NCBI GenBank assembly: GCA_963796685.1
Contig: CAWCMR010000025.1
Location: forward strand, 864,001-928,000
Direction: 5' to 3'
From: an uncultured delta proteobacterium
Lineage (GTDB): Bacteria > Myxococcota_A > Polyangia > Fen-1088
Length of the DNA: 64,000 nt
Part shown: positions 33,828 through 44,728 of the stretch, piece by piece
Layout: each line of letters begins with the position of its first letter
Position numbering within the stretch: the stretch's first letter is position 1
Position numbers and translations under genes: made by a program
Notes under the pieces: model-generated
Seen by the model: the letters and a program-made list of their open reading frames with translations, nothing else
What the model was told of the DNA's origin: nothing
The model's database searches: none

Positions 33828-34913
33828 CTAGGATGCCTTGGGATCGTCCCCTCGTAGCGCTTCGGCCTGGAAGTGGGCGCGCAGGCTGCTGATGATGTCT
33901 TCCAGATCGCCGTCCATGATCGCCGGCAGGTTGTGCGTGGTGTAGCCGATGCGGTGATCGGTCAGGCGATCCTGGGGAAAGTTGTAGGTGCGGATCTTCT
34001 CCGAGCGGTCGCCGCTGCCGATCTGGCTGCGCCGCTGCTCGCGCTCGGCCGTCTCCTGCTTTTCCAGCTCGATTTCGTACAGCTTCGAACGCAGAATCTT
34101 CATGGCCATGGCCTTGTTCTTGTGCTGGCTCTTTTCCTGCTGGCAGTGAACGTAAAGGCCGGTGGGGATGTGGTGGATGCGCACGGCGGAATCGGTGGTG
34201 TTCACCGACTGTCCGCCCGGGCCGCCCGAGCGCATGACCTCGATCTTGAGATCCTTGGGGTCGATGTTGATGTCCACGTCCTCGAGCTCGGGCATGATGG
34301 CCACCGTTGCCGTGGACGTGTGGATGCGGCCCTGGGCCTCGGTGGTGGGCACGCGCTGCACGCGGTGCACGCCCGATTCGTACTTGAGGTGCGCATAGGC
34401 GCCCTTGCCCTCGACCGCAGCCACCACTTCCTTCAGACCGCCCGCCGAGGCGCTGGACATGGACAAGATCTCGACCTTCCAGCGCCGGCGCTCCGCGAAC
34501 CGCGTGTACATGCGAAACAGGTCGGAGGCAAAGAGCGCGGCCTCCTCGCCACCCGTGCCGCCGCGAATCTCGAGCAGGATGTTCTTGTCGTCGTTGGGAT
34601 CCTTGGGCAGCAGCAGAAACTTCAGCCGCTCTTCCAAGCGCAGCTGCTCGGCACAAAGCTCGGTTTCCTCTTGCCGTGCCAGATCCCGCATCTCGGGATC
34701 CTTTTGCATTTCGCGCGCTTCCTCGATGTGCGCCAGGGTCTGCCGATGGACGCGCAGGGTGTCAACCAGCTCGCGGATGTCCGCGTGCTCCTTGGCCAGC
34801 TTCTGCATGACTGGCGGGCGCGAAAGGATCTCCGGGTCCGACAGCTTGGCGGATAGCTCCTCGGAACGGCTCTCTACGGCGGCAAGCTTGCCGAGCAGCA
34901 GATCGTCGAGCAT
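33828..34913 (-). CDS. prfA: Peptide chain release factor 1
   Basis: [15 protein letters not shown] (PxT motif), [21 protein letters not shown]. Confidence 0.97.
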   Translation of the reverse strand: MLDDLLLGKLAAVESRSEELSAKLSDPEILSRPPVMQKLAKEHADIRELVDTLRVHRQTLAHIEEAREMQKDPEMRDLARQEETELCAEQLRLEERLKFLLLPKDPNDDKNILLEIRGGTGGEEAALFASDLFRMYTRFAERRRWKVEILSMSSASAGGLKEVVAAVEGKGAYAHLKYESGVHRVQRVPTTEAQGRIHTSTATVAIMPELEDVDINIDPKDLKIEVMRSGGPGGQSVNTTDSAVRIHHIPTGLYVHCQQEKSQHKNKAMAMKILRSKLYEIELEKQETAEREQRRSQIGSGDRSEKIRTYNFPQDRLTDHRIGYTTHNLPAIMDGDLEDIISSLRAHFQAEALRGDDPKAS

Positions 34914-34955
34914 GGAGAGACCAGGCGCGCGGGCACTGCCGCGCTGCCGATTCCT

Positions 34956-35180
34956 TTACGTCTCGGTCGGCGGCGTGGAGGGACGGCCGTACTTCTTGTT
35001 GAAACGCTCGATGCGGCCGCCGGTGTCCAAGAATTTCTGCTTGCCCGTGTAGAACGGGTGGCAGTTCGAGCAGATGTCCACCATGAACGACGCGCGTGTC
35101 GAATAGGTCTCGACCTTGTGCCCGCAGGCACATGAGATCGTGGTGGGCTTGTAGGCTGGATGAATCCCCTTCTTGGGCAT
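34956..35180 (-). CDS. rpmE: 50S ribosomal protein L31 (Zn-binding type)
   Basis: [38 protein letters not shown]. Confidence 0.97.
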   Translation of the reverse strand: MPKKGIHPAYKPTTISCACGHKVETYSTRASFMVDICSNCHPFYTGKQKFLDTGGRIERFNKKYGRPSTPPTET

Positions 35181-35207
35181 GACGCGAAACCTCGTGTGAA
35201 GAGGGGT

Positions 35208-35236
35208 TTTATAATCGGACTTGGGCCGAAGGGCAA
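35208..35236 (-). promoter_or_regulatory. Putative sigma70 promoter of rpmE-prfA
   Basis: TTGCCC-N17-TATAAA on minus strand. Confidence 0.55.
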
Positions 35237-35335
35237 GCGGCAGTGCGCGAATTTTTGATTTGGCTGCGCTTGATGCACGAGGCTGGCACGTCTCAGCCCG
35301 CGCTTCGCCGACTCTTATTGTATAGTGCGGCGCCA

Positions 35336-37258
35336 ATGGCCGACCAATCCAATTCGAATAGCGGAATTCGCCGCTCGGCCGTGTACAGCTATCTGCGTCC
35401 GCTGCTCGACGGGCGGCGCGTACTCGAGGTCGGCTGTGGCACGGGCGAGGCCACCTCGCACCTGGTTCGTTTGGGCGCCAGAAGCGCCGTCGGTGCGGGC
35501 AGTGCGCGCGAGGTCGCCGAGGCACGCGCACGCCAGCGCGTGGGTGCCCTGGGCTTCGTGACCATGACCGCCGGCGCGATCGACTCGGCCGGGGCCTTCG
35601 ACCTGGTGCTCGTGCCCGACGCCGCGGAGATCCTGCGTGGACACGGCCCAATCCAGCTCTCCACGCTGCTGGCCCTGATCGCTCCTGGAGGGCGCCTGGC
35701 TTGCATCGTCGCCAACGGCGATCTCGGCGAGGGCCTTGCCTACTACGACGTGGTGGACGCCCTGACTCCGCACTTCCCCAAGGTGCGCATGTTCGGCCAA
35801 ACCCCGTTTCTGGCCTACGGCATCGCGGAATTCGACGAGGCCGCGGTGGACCTGCGCGTGGACGCGGACCTTGCCGAGCGCGAATCCGAGGAGCCCACCC
35901 ACTACATCGCCCTGGCGGGGCCCGACGAGCCCGTGAGCCTGGGCTACGCCCTGGTGCAAATTCCTTCCAACGAATGGGATGCTCGCACGCAGGGCGAGCG
36001 CGCACCCGCCGGCACGGGCATCAAGGCGCCCGACACGGCCCTCGGCGAGCTTCGCCAAAGGCTTACGGAAAGCGAAGGCAAGAGCGAGGGTCTCTTGCGC
36101 GTGTCGCGCGCCCAGAGCGAGGAGATCGAAGAGCTGCGTGCGCGCTTGCGCCGCACCGCCGAGGCACGCGCGGAGCTCGACGAGGAGGTGCGCCGCTTGC
36201 GCCGGTCGCTCATGGAGGCCGACGAATCGGTGGTCAGCCTCACGCGCAAGACCACCGAGGAATTGACCGCGCTGGCCCAGCGCCTGACCGCGGGGCTGCG
36301 CACCGACCAGCCTGCGCCCGGTCCGGTGTCCGGCGAGGAGCTGCAACGACGCGAGCAAGAGCTTGCAGAGCGCGAGTCGGCCCTGTCGGAGCGCGACGAT
36401 CGCATCGCCGCGCTCGAGGCCGCCAAGCAAGAAGCCGCGTGGCGCGCCGATGCCGCCGACGATGAGCTCGGGCGCGCGCGCGCCGAGCTGGCCAGCCTGC
36501 GCGACGAACGCGATCGCGCGCTGGCGCGTGCACCCGAACCCGACCTGCAGGCAACGCTGCGTGCGCAAGAGGCGACCATCGAGGACTTCCGTCGGGCCGC
36601 GACCGCGCACCTCGAAGAGGTGAACCGTCTACGCGATGCCGCCAACGAGCAGGCCAGCCTGGTGACCGAGCTCGAGGAAGCCTTGGCCGAGAGCGAGAAG
36701 CAACTGGCCGGCCACACCGCCGAAATCGCTCGTTTGCAGCGGGCGCTGTCGGAAATCGAAGACGCCGATCGTGTGCGCCGCTCCCGCCTGGCCGAGCTGG
36801 AAGGGTTGATGCTGCGGGCAGAGCACGACTCCGCCCGACAGAACGAATCGCGAAAGCGGGATTTGGCCGAGCTCGAGAGCCTGCGCGCCCGTGCGGCCGC
36901 AAGCCAGGGCGAGATCGAAGCCCTGCGTGCGCGTTTGGTCCAAGCGGAAGAGGCCCTGATGGTGGCCAGGACGGCCGCAACCGGCGCTGATGCCGGGCGG
37001 ATGGCCGAGCTGGAGGTGCGGGTGCGCGAAGGCGAGGAGCGCGAGCGCCGGCTGGTCGAGCTGGAAGCTCGGGTGCGCGAGAACGAAAATCGCGAACGCC
37101 GGCTGGCCGAGCTGCGCGCAGAGGCCCCGGATCCCGAGGAAGTCTACGAGCGCCTCTTCGACCTCGAAACGCAGTACCAGGCCGCGACCATGGCGGCGGC
37201 GCGGGTGCCGTCGCTGGAAGCCAAGCTGGCGGAGCTGGAAGCGCAGCGCGCGCAGTAA
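35336..37258 (+). CDS. Methyltransferase-like N-terminal domain fused to a long coiled coil
   Basis: VLEVGCGTG motif, then ~400 aa of Glu/Arg/Ala heptads. Confidence 0.78.
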   Translation: MADQSNSNSGIRRSAVYSYLRPLLDGRRVLEVGCGTGEATSHLVRLGARSAVGAGSAREVAEARARQRVGALGFVTMTAGAIDSAGAFDLVLVPDAAEILRGHGPIQLSTLLALIAPGGRLACIVANGDLGEGLAYYDVVDALTPHFPKVRMFGQTPFLAYGIAEFDEAAVDLRVDADLAERESEEPTHYIALAGPDEPVSLGYALVQIPSNEWDARTQGERAPAGTGIKAPDTALGELRQRLTESEGKSEGLLRVSRAQSEEIEELRARLRRTAEARAELDEEVRRLRRSLMEADESVVSLTRKTTEELTALAQRLTAGLRTDQPAPGPVSGEELQRREQELAERESALSERDDRIAALEAAKQEAAWRADAADDELGRARAELASLRDERDRALARAPEPDLQATLRAQEATIEDFRRAATAHLEEVNRLRDAANEQASLVTELEEALAESEKQLAGHTAEIARLQRALSEIEDADRVRRSRLAELEGLMLRAEHDSARQNESRKRDLAELESLRARAAASQGEIEALRARLVQAEEALMVARTAATGADAGRMAELEVRVREGEERERRLVELEARVRENENRERRLAELRAEAPDPEEVYERLFDLETQYQAATMAAARVPSLEAKLAELEAQRAQ

Positions 37259-37387
37259 CCACCGGACGCGCAAGAATACACCCAAGCCGGATCTTGCGCC
37301 CGGCCATTCCTCTCGGTTTAGTGTGAAACCTTGCCGCGAGAAAGCCCGTGCCGGGGCCGTGGGCGGTGGTATCTTTCCATTCGACAC

Positions 37388-38131
37388 ATGCGTGGTTCGG
37401 CTGATCTCTTGCTGTTCGCACATCTCCTCGCGAGGACGGACGACAAGCTGGAAGTGGAACACCTGGCCCTGCTGCTGGCGGAGCCGGAGCATCCCGGACT
37501 CGACATCCAAGCCTACCTCAACAAGCTGAACGTGATGGGCGAGCTGGCCCGCATCAAGCTTCGAGGCTGTCGCGGCTTGGCGCCGGCGGATCGCATCGTC
37601 CCCATCCTGCGCTTGTTGTTCGGCGAGCTCGGGTATCGCGGCAACGTCGTGGATTTCTACGATCCGCAGAACAGCTTTCTCAACCACGTCATCGATCGTC
37701 GCACGGGCAACCCGCTTTCGCTGGCGGTGGTCCTGCTGGCGGTGTGCCGCCGCGCGGGGGTTGCCGCCGAGGGCGTGTCGTTTCCCGGCCACTTTCTCGT
37801 GCGCGCGGCCAAGACCTCTGGCGAAATGGCCACCATCGATCCCTTCGACGGCCGCATGATCTCGCCTTCGGTTTTGCGCTCGATCTACGAATCGGCCACC
37901 GGGGATCCCGGCGACATCGACGAGCAGTTCCTCGCGCCCGCTTCGCACCGCCAGATCGTCCTGCGCATGCTCAACAACCTGCGCGCCATCTACGAACTGC
38001 GCGGCGACCAAGACCGACTGCGCTTCGTCCTCGAACGCATGGCCCTGCTCAACCCGTCCGAGGAAGTGCAGCGCCGTCTCGATTCGGTGGTCCACGCCGT
38101 GGCCCTGGCCCCGCGCCTCAGCATCAATTAG
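37388..38131 (+). CDS. SirB1/transglutaminase-like domain protein
   Basis: FYDPQNSFLNHVIDRRTGNPLSL, GVSFPGHFLV, IDPFDG, RMLNNL. Confidence 0.9.
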   Translation: MRGSADLLLFAHLLARTDDKLEVEHLALLLAEPEHPGLDIQAYLNKLNVMGELARIKLRGCRGLAPADRIVPILRLLFGELGYRGNVVDFYDPQNSFLNHVIDRRTGNPLSLAVVLLAVCRRAGVAAEGVSFPGHFLVRAAKTSGEMATIDPFDGRMISPSVLRSIYESATGDPGDIDEQFLAPASHRQIVLRMLNNLRAIYELRGDQDRLRFVLERMALLNPSEEVQRRLDSVVHAVALAPRLSIN

Positions 38132-38194
38132 CGGCTGGGCGCAGGCCAATTCGCCAAGAGTGGAGAACCACGTGGCGAGCGGCGAAAAGAGGCT

Positions 38195-38306
38195 AACCAC
38201 AGAGGCACGGAGAGCACAGAGGGCACAAAGGCAGAAGGGTTCGGATCCAAAATCCGGAAAACCCCATCCGTCTCCGTGCTCTCTGTGTCTCTGTGGTGAA
38301 TATCCG
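38195..38306. repeat. Long imperfect palindrome, ACCACAGAG...CTCTGTGGT family, copy 3
   Basis: AACCACAGAGGCACGGAGAGCACAGAG...CTCTCTGTGTCTCTGTGGTGAATATCCG. Confidence 0.88.
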
Positions 38307-38353
38307 TATCCGTTTCGCGGTTGGGGAAATCACCGCTAGAATCGCAAGGGTCC

Positions 38354-39820
38354 ATGCGCCTAGCCCTTGCTTTCATCGTGCTCACGGTTGGCAGCCCAGC
38401 GCTTGCGGCCGGTGACGAACCGTCAACCGCCGCGGCACCGGGGGACACAGCGGACGCGCAGGCGCTACCGGAATTTCCACGCGATCCGACCTTCGAGCCC
38501 AGCTATGTCCTGGAGGGCGTCGAGGTACGCGGCAACCGCAAAACGCAGACCGCGCTCATCTTGCGCGAGGTCGGCCTGCACGCCGGCGATGTGGTCAGCG
38601 CCAACGACGCGCGCGTGGGCCTGGCCCGGCTCCGCTTGCTCGCGCTCGGTTTCTTTCTCGACGTGCACCTGTCCCTGGTCAAGGGCACCAAGCGCGGCCA
38701 CGCCAGCCTGGTGGTCGAGGTCGAGGAGCGCGGGACCATCATCCTCGACGCGCTTTACCTCGGCACGAGCCAAGCCACGGCGGTGTGGGGCGGGCTGGCG
38801 GTCACCGAACGCAATCTGCTCGGACGCGGTCTCGCACTCGGGGGCGGTTTCGTCGGCTCCACCCGCCCAAGGGTCGAGGGCGCCGAGCCCGGCTTCGCCG
38901 GAGCGCTGCACGTGGCCGGACCGCCGGCCTTCTTTTCCGGCCGACTGGCCTTGCAAGCCAGTTTCAATGTCTCGCGCGGCAGCGAGTTCATGCGCACCGG
39001 CGGGGACGCGTCCAGCGCCGATCCCGCGAACTTCATCGCCGCCAACGTGCGGCGCACCGGCGGGACCTTCGGCGCCGGACGCGCGCTTTCGCGCACCTTC
39101 TTCCTGACCGGCGAGGCGCGGTTCGAATCCATCCGCGCGGAGGTGCCCTTGCTGAAACTGCCGGCCGGGACGACGCCACCCATCCCGCTCGCCATCCACG
39201 ACGGTGATAGCCATCTCGGCTCGCTCAGCCTGATCCTCGACATCGACTCGCGCACCGATCCGATCCTGCCCAGGGGCGGCCATCACGTTTCGTTTTCCGT
39301 CGAGGCGACCACCACCGCCCTCGCGTCGAGCTACGGCTTCGTCAAGGGCGTGGTCCAGGCTTCCAACTACTTTCCCTTGCGCTGGGGACACGTCCTTGGC
39401 ATCCACGGCTACCTCGGCGGCATCTGGGGCGATGCCCCCTACTTCGACCGTTTCTTCATCGGCGACCTGAATCAACTGCTGCCACCGCGCGCCCTCGGCC
39501 TCAATTTCTCGACCCAGCCGTCGCGGGATTTTCTCGGTACCGGCATCGCAGCCCATCGCTACGACAATCTCGCCGGCCGCGCCCTCGTCGAATACGCCAT
39601 TCCGATCTGGAGCCGACACGGTCTGCTGTACCGGGGCGATGCCTTCGCGGCGTTCGGCGTGCTGGCGGTTTCGAATCCGGACGATCTGAGGCGTGGCGCT
39701 CTGCCCCTGTCACGCGCCATCGCCAGCGATCTCACCGCCGACCTCGGCATCCGTCTCGACACCACCATCGGCATCTTCACGCTTTCGGTGGCCAACGCCA
39801 TCGGCCGGATCCCGTTCTGA
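38354..39820 (+). CDS. Omp85/BamA-TamA family outer-membrane protein with a single POTRA domain
   Basis: Signal peptide; VEVRGNRKTQTALILRE, LGFF, ERNLLGRG; beta-barrel ending in Phe. Confidence 0.82.
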   Translation: MRLALAFIVLTVGSPALAAGDEPSTAAAPGDTADAQALPEFPRDPTFEPSYVLEGVEVRGNRKTQTALILREVGLHAGDVVSANDARVGLARLRLLALGFFLDVHLSLVKGTKRGHASLVVEVEERGTIILDALYLGTSQATAVWGGLAVTERNLLGRGLALGGGFVGSTRPRVEGAEPGFAGALHVAGPPAFFSGRLALQASFNVSRGSEFMRTGGDASSADPANFIAANVRRTGGTFGAGRALSRTFFLTGEARFESIRAEVPLLKLPAGTTPPIPLAIHDGDSHLGSLSLILDIDSRTDPILPRGGHHVSFSVEATTTALASSYGFVKGVVQASNYFPLRWGHVLGIHGYLGGIWGDAPYFDRFFIGDLNQLLPPRALGLNFSTQPSRDFLGTGIAAHRYDNLAGRALVEYAIPIWSRHGLLYRGDAFAAFGVLAVSNPDDLRRGALPLSRAIASDLTADLGIRLDTTIGIFTLSVANAIGRIPF

Positions 39821-40479
39821 TGACCCGCGGGGCGCGCATCTTCGGCTTGGGTCTCGTCGCGCTGCTCGGCGCGACGCCGGCGCAGGCCGAGCCCACAGCG
39901 GTTCGCACCGTCGGAATCGCGCGCCAGGCGGACAGGCTGGTGGTCAGCGTCGGGTTGCAAGATCTCTTCGGAGCGCGCGACGTCGAGCGTCTGCTGTCCG
40001 GATTCTCCACCCGTGTGCTGATTCGCGTGGCCCTACTGCGCGAAGGCGGCGACGAACCGGTGGCGCAGGCCATGCGTCTGGCGGAGATCGTCTACGATCT
40101 GTGGGACGAGAAGCTGAGGGTGCGCATCTCGACCGGCAAGCCCGGCGCGACCGAAACCCAGGTGGTGGCCACGCCCAAGGCCGCCGCAGACCTGGCCACC
40201 TCGCTGGTGGCGTTTCCCGTGGCCGAGATCGGCCGGCTGGACCCCAGGGCGACCTACCACGTAAGCCTGCGCGCGGATCTCAATCCGATCTCCGAGGAAT
40301 TGGTCGGCAATGTGCGTCGCTGGCTGTCGCACCCGAGTGGCCGCGGTCGCTCCGGATCGGGCGACAGCTTCTTCGGCTCCTTCGTCAGCGTCTTCGTCAA
40401 TCCGCGGATCGACGACAGCGAGCGCCTGCTGCAGGTCGTGTCGCAGTCCTTCGTCCCGCCCGGGGAGCCAAGGCCATGA
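39820..40479 (+). CDS. DUF4390-like exported protein
   Basis: Signal peptide, IVYDLWDE motif, immediately upstream of an NtrY-like kinase. Confidence 0.6.
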   Translation: MTRGARIFGLGLVALLGATPAQAEPTAVRTVGIARQADRLVVSVGLQDLFGARDVERLLSGFSTRVLIRVALLREGGDEPVAQAMRLAEIVYDLWDEKLRVRISTGKPGATETQVVATPKAAADLATSLVAFPVAEIGRLDPRATYHVSLRADLNPISEELVGNVRRWLSHPSGRGRSGSGDSFFGSFVSVFVNPRIDDSERLLQVVSQSFVPPGEPRP

Positions 40480-41948
40480 GGTGGCCGGGCCGCTTCGCGC
40501 TCAAGATGCTCGCCGAGATGCTCCTGGTGGCGCTGCTGTCGGCGCTGCTGTCGGCCTACGCGTTCTATTTCGTCGTACACCGCTTCGCCGATTTCTCCAT
40601 CGCGCAGTCGGGGCGCGTCGCCATGGCGTCGCAACGAGCGGCAGAGGTCTTTCGCTCCTACTTCGCCGACCGCAAGGAGGAATTCCGGCGCCGCGCCCAC
40701 GTCATCGCGGCGGCCGGCGTCACCGACATGGCCAGCCTGGCGGGGACCGAGAGCCTGCTGCGCGCCCGCCTGCTCGACGGCGACGAGGAAATCGACGCTT
40801 GGGAAGCCGACGGCGCGACGTTGGCGCACTCGCGCGAGGCCCCGCCCATCGTCGTGGCCGTGCCCGCGAAGAACAGCAACGAGGGCACGCGGGTGCTGGA
40901 GCTGACGTTCGGAATTCCCCTCGACATGTACGAGAACTTCCTATCGCTGCGCGATGCCATCGACAAGGAGCAGCAGCTCGACCGCGTGTACGACCTCATC
41001 ATTCCGCGCTTCTTGCGCCAGTACGTCTTGATGGTGTTGGTCATGCTGGCCGCGGCGCCACTCATCGGTTGGCTGTTCGCCCGCCAGGTCACCCGCCGGG
41101 TGGCGCGCTTGCACGATGCCGCCCGGCGCGTGGGCGCCGGCGATCTTCATGTGCGCGTCGCCCCCAAGGGCAAGGACGAGCTGGACGAGCTCGGCCGCGC
41201 CTTCGACGGCATGGTGGCCGAGCTCGGCCAGGCCCGTTCCCGCCTCGAGTATTTGCAGAAGGTGTCGGCCTGGCAGGAAGTCGCGCGCCGGCTGGCCCAC
41301 GAGATCAAGAACCCGCTCACACCCATCCAATTGGCCGTGCAAGAGCTGGCCAGCAAGTACCACGGGGACGACGCCTCCTATCGCAGCTTGCTCGATACCG
41401 CCAGCGAGATCCTGCGCGAGGAGATCACCGGGCTGCGCCGCCTGGTCGACGATTTCTCGGCCTTTGCCAAGCTACCCAAGGTCGAGCCGGCGGCCATCGA
41501 TCTCAATCTGCTCTTGGCGGAGATCTTGCGCTCGCAGCCCGAGTGGCAGACCGCCGTACACGTGATCGCGAGCCCTGCCCCGGTGTACGCCATGTGCGAC
41601 CGCACGCTGTTTCGTCGGGTGATGGCCAATCTGGTCGAAAATGCCATGCAAGCCACGCAGGGCGCCGGCCGCGCGCCCGAGATCCTCATTCGGGCCGAGC
41701 CACGCGGCGAGCGCGCCGCCATCCTGGTCGACGACAACGGGGCGGGCGTGCCGGAGAGCCACCGACAGCACATCTTCGACCCCTATGTGACCCACCGCGA
41801 AGGCGGCACCGGACTGGGTCTGGCCATCGTACGCAAGATCGTCATCGACCACGGTGGGGACGTCACCGTGGGCCAGTCGCCCCTGGGCGGCGCCCGCTTC
41901 ACCGTGGAGCTGCCGTCCGGCGGTGCCGTGCCCAATCCTTACGCCTAG
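40476..41948 (+). CDS. NtrY-like HAMP sensor histidine kinase
   Basis: AWQEVARRLAHEIKNPLTPIQL H-box, NLVENA, DNGAG, GTGLGL. Confidence 0.92.
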   Translation: MRWPGRFALKMLAEMLLVALLSALLSAYAFYFVVHRFADFSIAQSGRVAMASQRAAEVFRSYFADRKEEFRRRAHVIAAAGVTDMASLAGTESLLRARLLDGDEEIDAWEADGATLAHSREAPPIVVAVPAKNSNEGTRVLELTFGIPLDMYENFLSLRDAIDKEQQLDRVYDLIIPRFLRQYVLMVLVMLAAAPLIGWLFARQVTRRVARLHDAARRVGAGDLHVRVAPKGKDELDELGRAFDGMVAELGQARSRLEYLQKVSAWQEVARRLAHEIKNPLTPIQLAVQELASKYHGDDASYRSLLDTASEILREEITGLRRLVDDFSAFAKLPKVEPAAIDLNLLLAEILRSQPEWQTAVHVIASPAPVYAMCDRTLFRRVMANLVENAMQATQGAGRAPEILIRAEPRGERAAILVDDNGAGVPESHRQHIFDPYVTHREGGTGLGLAIVRKIVIDHGGDVTVGQSPLGGARFTVELPSGGAVPNPYA

Positions 41949-42027
41949 AACGACGGAGCCCGAAAGCAAATCGGATTTCCGCGGTTCTATTTAGGACTCG
42001 TCCGTCCGCAATTCTTCCACGTTGGCC

Positions 42028-42056
42028 TTGAGACAATCGGCCGTGCGTACTATATT
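42028..42056 (+). promoter_or_regulatory. Putative sigma70 promoter of the first cytochrome pair
   Basis: TTGAGA-N17-TATATT. Confidence 0.55.
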
Positions 42057-42090
42057 CCGCCGAGTTCATTGACCGACGGCGCTGTCGACC

Positions 42091-43359
42091 ATGGGAATCA
42101 GCGGTAGGAAAATTCCGACTCGAATGGGCATCATTTTGGTGCCGTTGTTCTTCACGGCAGCCGCGCGGGCCGATGCGCCCACGCCCCCGGACGCCGCCGC
42201 GGAACCGTCACCGTCCAACGACGAGTGCCTGGGTTGCCACAACAGCGAGGTCGATCGCAGCAAGGGGCGCCCCATTCCGCCGATCGGCGATGCCTTCGCC
42301 GAGTCGATCCACGGTCAGATGAACCTGGCCTGCGTCGACTGCCACGTCGATCTGCAGGGCAAGGATCTTCCCCACCCCGACAAGCTGGCCAGACCGGTCT
42401 GTTCGCAATGTCACGAGGATGCCGTCAAGGCCTACGACGAGAGCGTCCATGCCAGCTCGCGGCGCCAGTCCAGCACCAGCCTGGCCGCGTGGTGCACCGA
42501 CTGCCACGGCGTCCATGACATCCGCAGCTCGACCGATCCGAAATCGAGAACCTACTATTTCAACATCCTCGCCACGTGCAGCCGTTGCCACGCCAACGAA
42601 ACCGTCATCGTCAAGGCGCACATCGGGGCGGGCAACGTCCCGGCCCGCTTCGAGGACAGCATTCATGGGCGGGCCTTGATCAAGAGCGGCCTCGTCGTGG
42701 CGCCCACCTGTGCCACCTGCCACGGCCACCACGACATCCGCCGCGCCTCCGACGAGAAGAGCCGGGTCAACCGCTACAACATCCCCAAGACCTGCGGGTC
42801 CTGCCACGAAGGCATCAAGACCGTCTACGAGACCAGCGTGCACGCCGCGGCCTTGCGCCAGGGCAATCCGCGGTCGGCGGTGTGCAGCGACTGCCACACC
42901 GCCCACGAAACCCAAGAGGTGAGCCCCGCCTGGAAGGTCGGGCTGGTCAAGGAATGCGGCACTTGCCACAAGGAATCCATCCGAACCTTCCGCGACACCT
43001 TCCACGGCAAGGTGACTGCGCTTGGCTTCACGCGCGCCGCAACCTGCTCGGATTGTCACGGCACCCACGCGATCCTGGCCCCAAGCGATCCCCGCTCCAC
43101 GGTTTCCGATGCCCGGCGCCTCCAGACCTGCCGCAAGTGCCATGCCGGAGCCAGCGAGAAGTTTTCGCGTTACGATCCCCACGCCGATGCGCACAGCCGG
43201 AAACGCAACCCGGTGCTGTACTTCATCACCTTGGGGATGAAGCTGCTGCTCATCAGCGTCTTCGCCTTCTTCGGGCTTCACACGATCCTGTGGCTGGGAC
43301 GCTCGCTCGTGCTGGTCCGCAAGCTGCAAGCCGAGGGAAAGATCGATGACGAAAAGTGA
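42091..43359 (+). CDS. Multiheme cytochrome c (11 CxxCH) with C-terminal membrane anchor
   Basis: CLGCH, CVDCH, CSQCH, CTDCH, CSRCH, CATCH, CGSCH, CSDCH, CGTCH, CSDCH, CRKCH; signal peptide; C-terminal TM containing His. Confidence 0.93.
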   Translation: MGISGRKIPTRMGIILVPLFFTAAARADAPTPPDAAAEPSPSNDECLGCHNSEVDRSKGRPIPPIGDAFAESIHGQMNLACVDCHVDLQGKDLPHPDKLARPVCSQCHEDAVKAYDESVHASSRRQSSTSLAAWCTDCHGVHDIRSSTDPKSRTYYFNILATCSRCHANETVIVKAHIGAGNVPARFEDSIHGRALIKSGLVVAPTCATCHGHHDIRRASDEKSRVNRYNIPKTCGSCHEGIKTVYETSVHAAALRQGNPRSAVCSDCHTAHETQEVSPAWKVGLVKECGTCHKESIRTFRDTFHGKVTALGFTRAATCSDCHGTHAILAPSDPRSTVSDARRLQTCRKCHAGASEKFSRYDPHADAHSRKRNPVLYFITLGMKLLLISVFAFFGLHTILWLGRSLVLVRKLQAEGKIDDEK

Positions 43360-44224
43360 TCCGGGTCCGGCGGACGCGCCCCCGCCGCCAGCAGCGCCCC
43401 CGCCGTCCGCGAGCGCGGGTTTCGTTCTGCGCTTCCACCGCTACGACCGCATGCTGCACGGCTTCTTGATGGCCAGCTTCCTGACCCTCGCGCTGACGGG
43501 CATGCCCCTGCTCTTCCCGCTGGCACCCTGGGCGACATCCTTGGCCAATCTGCTTGGCGGCTACGGTGTGACGGGTGTCCTTCATCGCATCGCGGCCGTC
43601 ACCCTGATGACGGTCTTCACGACCCATCTCGTCCGGCTCGCGCACCGCCTGTTCGTGCGCAAGGACTACGGCATGCTGTGGGGCCCGCGCTCCCTCGTGC
43701 CCCAACCCATCGACTTGATTCAGCTCCTGCAGCATTTCCGCTGGTTCGTCGGCCTCGGGCCGCGCCCGCGTTTCGATCGCTACTCGTATTGGGAGAAATT
43801 CGACTACTGGGCGGTCTTCTGGGGCATGGGGATCATTGGAACTTCGGGGCTCATGTTGTGGTTCCCGGCCTTCTTCGCGCGCTTTGTGCCGGGCGGGGTC
43901 TTCAACATCGCGCTCGTCGTCCACGGCGAAGAGGCGCTCATGGCCATGGTCTTCATCTTCACCGTGCACTTCTTCAACGGCCATCTACGCCCCGACAAGT
44001 TCCCCATGGACATGGTCATCTTCACCGGCCGCGTCTCGGTCGAAGAGCTCAAGCACGAGCGTCCCGCCGAATACGATCGTCTGGTGACCGAGGATGCCTT
44101 GGCGAAGGTGATGACCAGTCCTCCCTCGCGGCGTCTGACCACCGCGGGACGCATCATCGGCACCACCGCCGTGTGCATCGGACTGACGGTCGCCGGCCTC
44201 GCCATCTATGCCTTGTTGCGCTGA
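43346..44224 (+). CDS. Cytochrome b (HydC/FdhC-like diheme membrane subunit)
   Basis: RMLH, LALTGMP, LHR, YSYWEKFDYWAVFWG, HGEEA, HFFN. Confidence 0.88.
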   Translation: MTKSDPGPADAPPPPAAPPPSASAGFVLRFHRYDRMLHGFLMASFLTLALTGMPLLFPLAPWATSLANLLGGYGVTGVLHRIAAVTLMTVFTTHLVRLAHRLFVRKDYGMLWGPRSLVPQPIDLIQLLQHFRWFVGLGPRPRFDRYSYWEKFDYWAVFWGMGIIGTSGLMLWFPAFFARFVPGGVFNIALVVHGEEALMAMVFIFTVHFFNGHLRPDKFPMDMVIFTGRVSVEELKHERPAEYDRLVTEDALAKVMTSPPSRRLTTAGRIIGTTAVCIGLTVAGLAIYALLR

Positions 44225-44270
44225 CTTGCTTGCCAAGGGAACCGCGCGGTCGGCGGCGTCGGGGACACCA

Positions 44271-44651
44271 TCATTCACGCGGCTCATCCGGCTTGTCGGC
44301 GTGGGTCTTGGCCGGCTTCTTCTCACCTTCTTTACCGGCGAAGTAGGCTTCGCCCGGGCGCCACGTCGGCGTCACGACGAAGAGGAGTCCGCGGGCCCCG
44401 CGTCGCGCACCCGATACCATGAGACGGCCGAGGTGTTGGAAGACCAAGGCGAAGCCGATGAACGGCATGAACACCACGAAGAGCCCCCCCAGCATGGGTG
44501 CCAGCAGCAGCATGGCCAGGACGGGAACGCGCAAGTAGCGCTGCCCGTCAACGCCTGGCAGCGTCCCTTCCTTCCCGCTCACCGTGACGAGATCCAGCTT
44601 GTCGCGATTGAAATAGAAACCACCTTTGACCCTTGTTCCTGCAGTCAGCAT
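44271..44651 (-). CDS. Small hypothetical membrane protein
   Basis: RBS GGAAAGGAG; GGFYFN, GTLPG, LLLAPMLGGLFVVFMPFIGF, WRPGEAYF. Confidence 0.75.
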   Translation of the reverse strand: MLTAGTRVKGGFYFNRDKLDLVTVSGKEGTLPGVDGQRYLRVPVLAMLLLAPMLGGLFVVFMPFIGFALVFQHLGRLMVSGARRGARGLLFVVTPTWRPGEAYFAGKEGEKKPAKTHADKPDEPRE

Positions 44652-44728
44652 GACGAGCTCCTTTCCAGTCCTGAATTCCGTTATTGCGTCCTGAATACAG
44701 GCTAAGCCAGGAAGGCAGGTTCGCCAAT

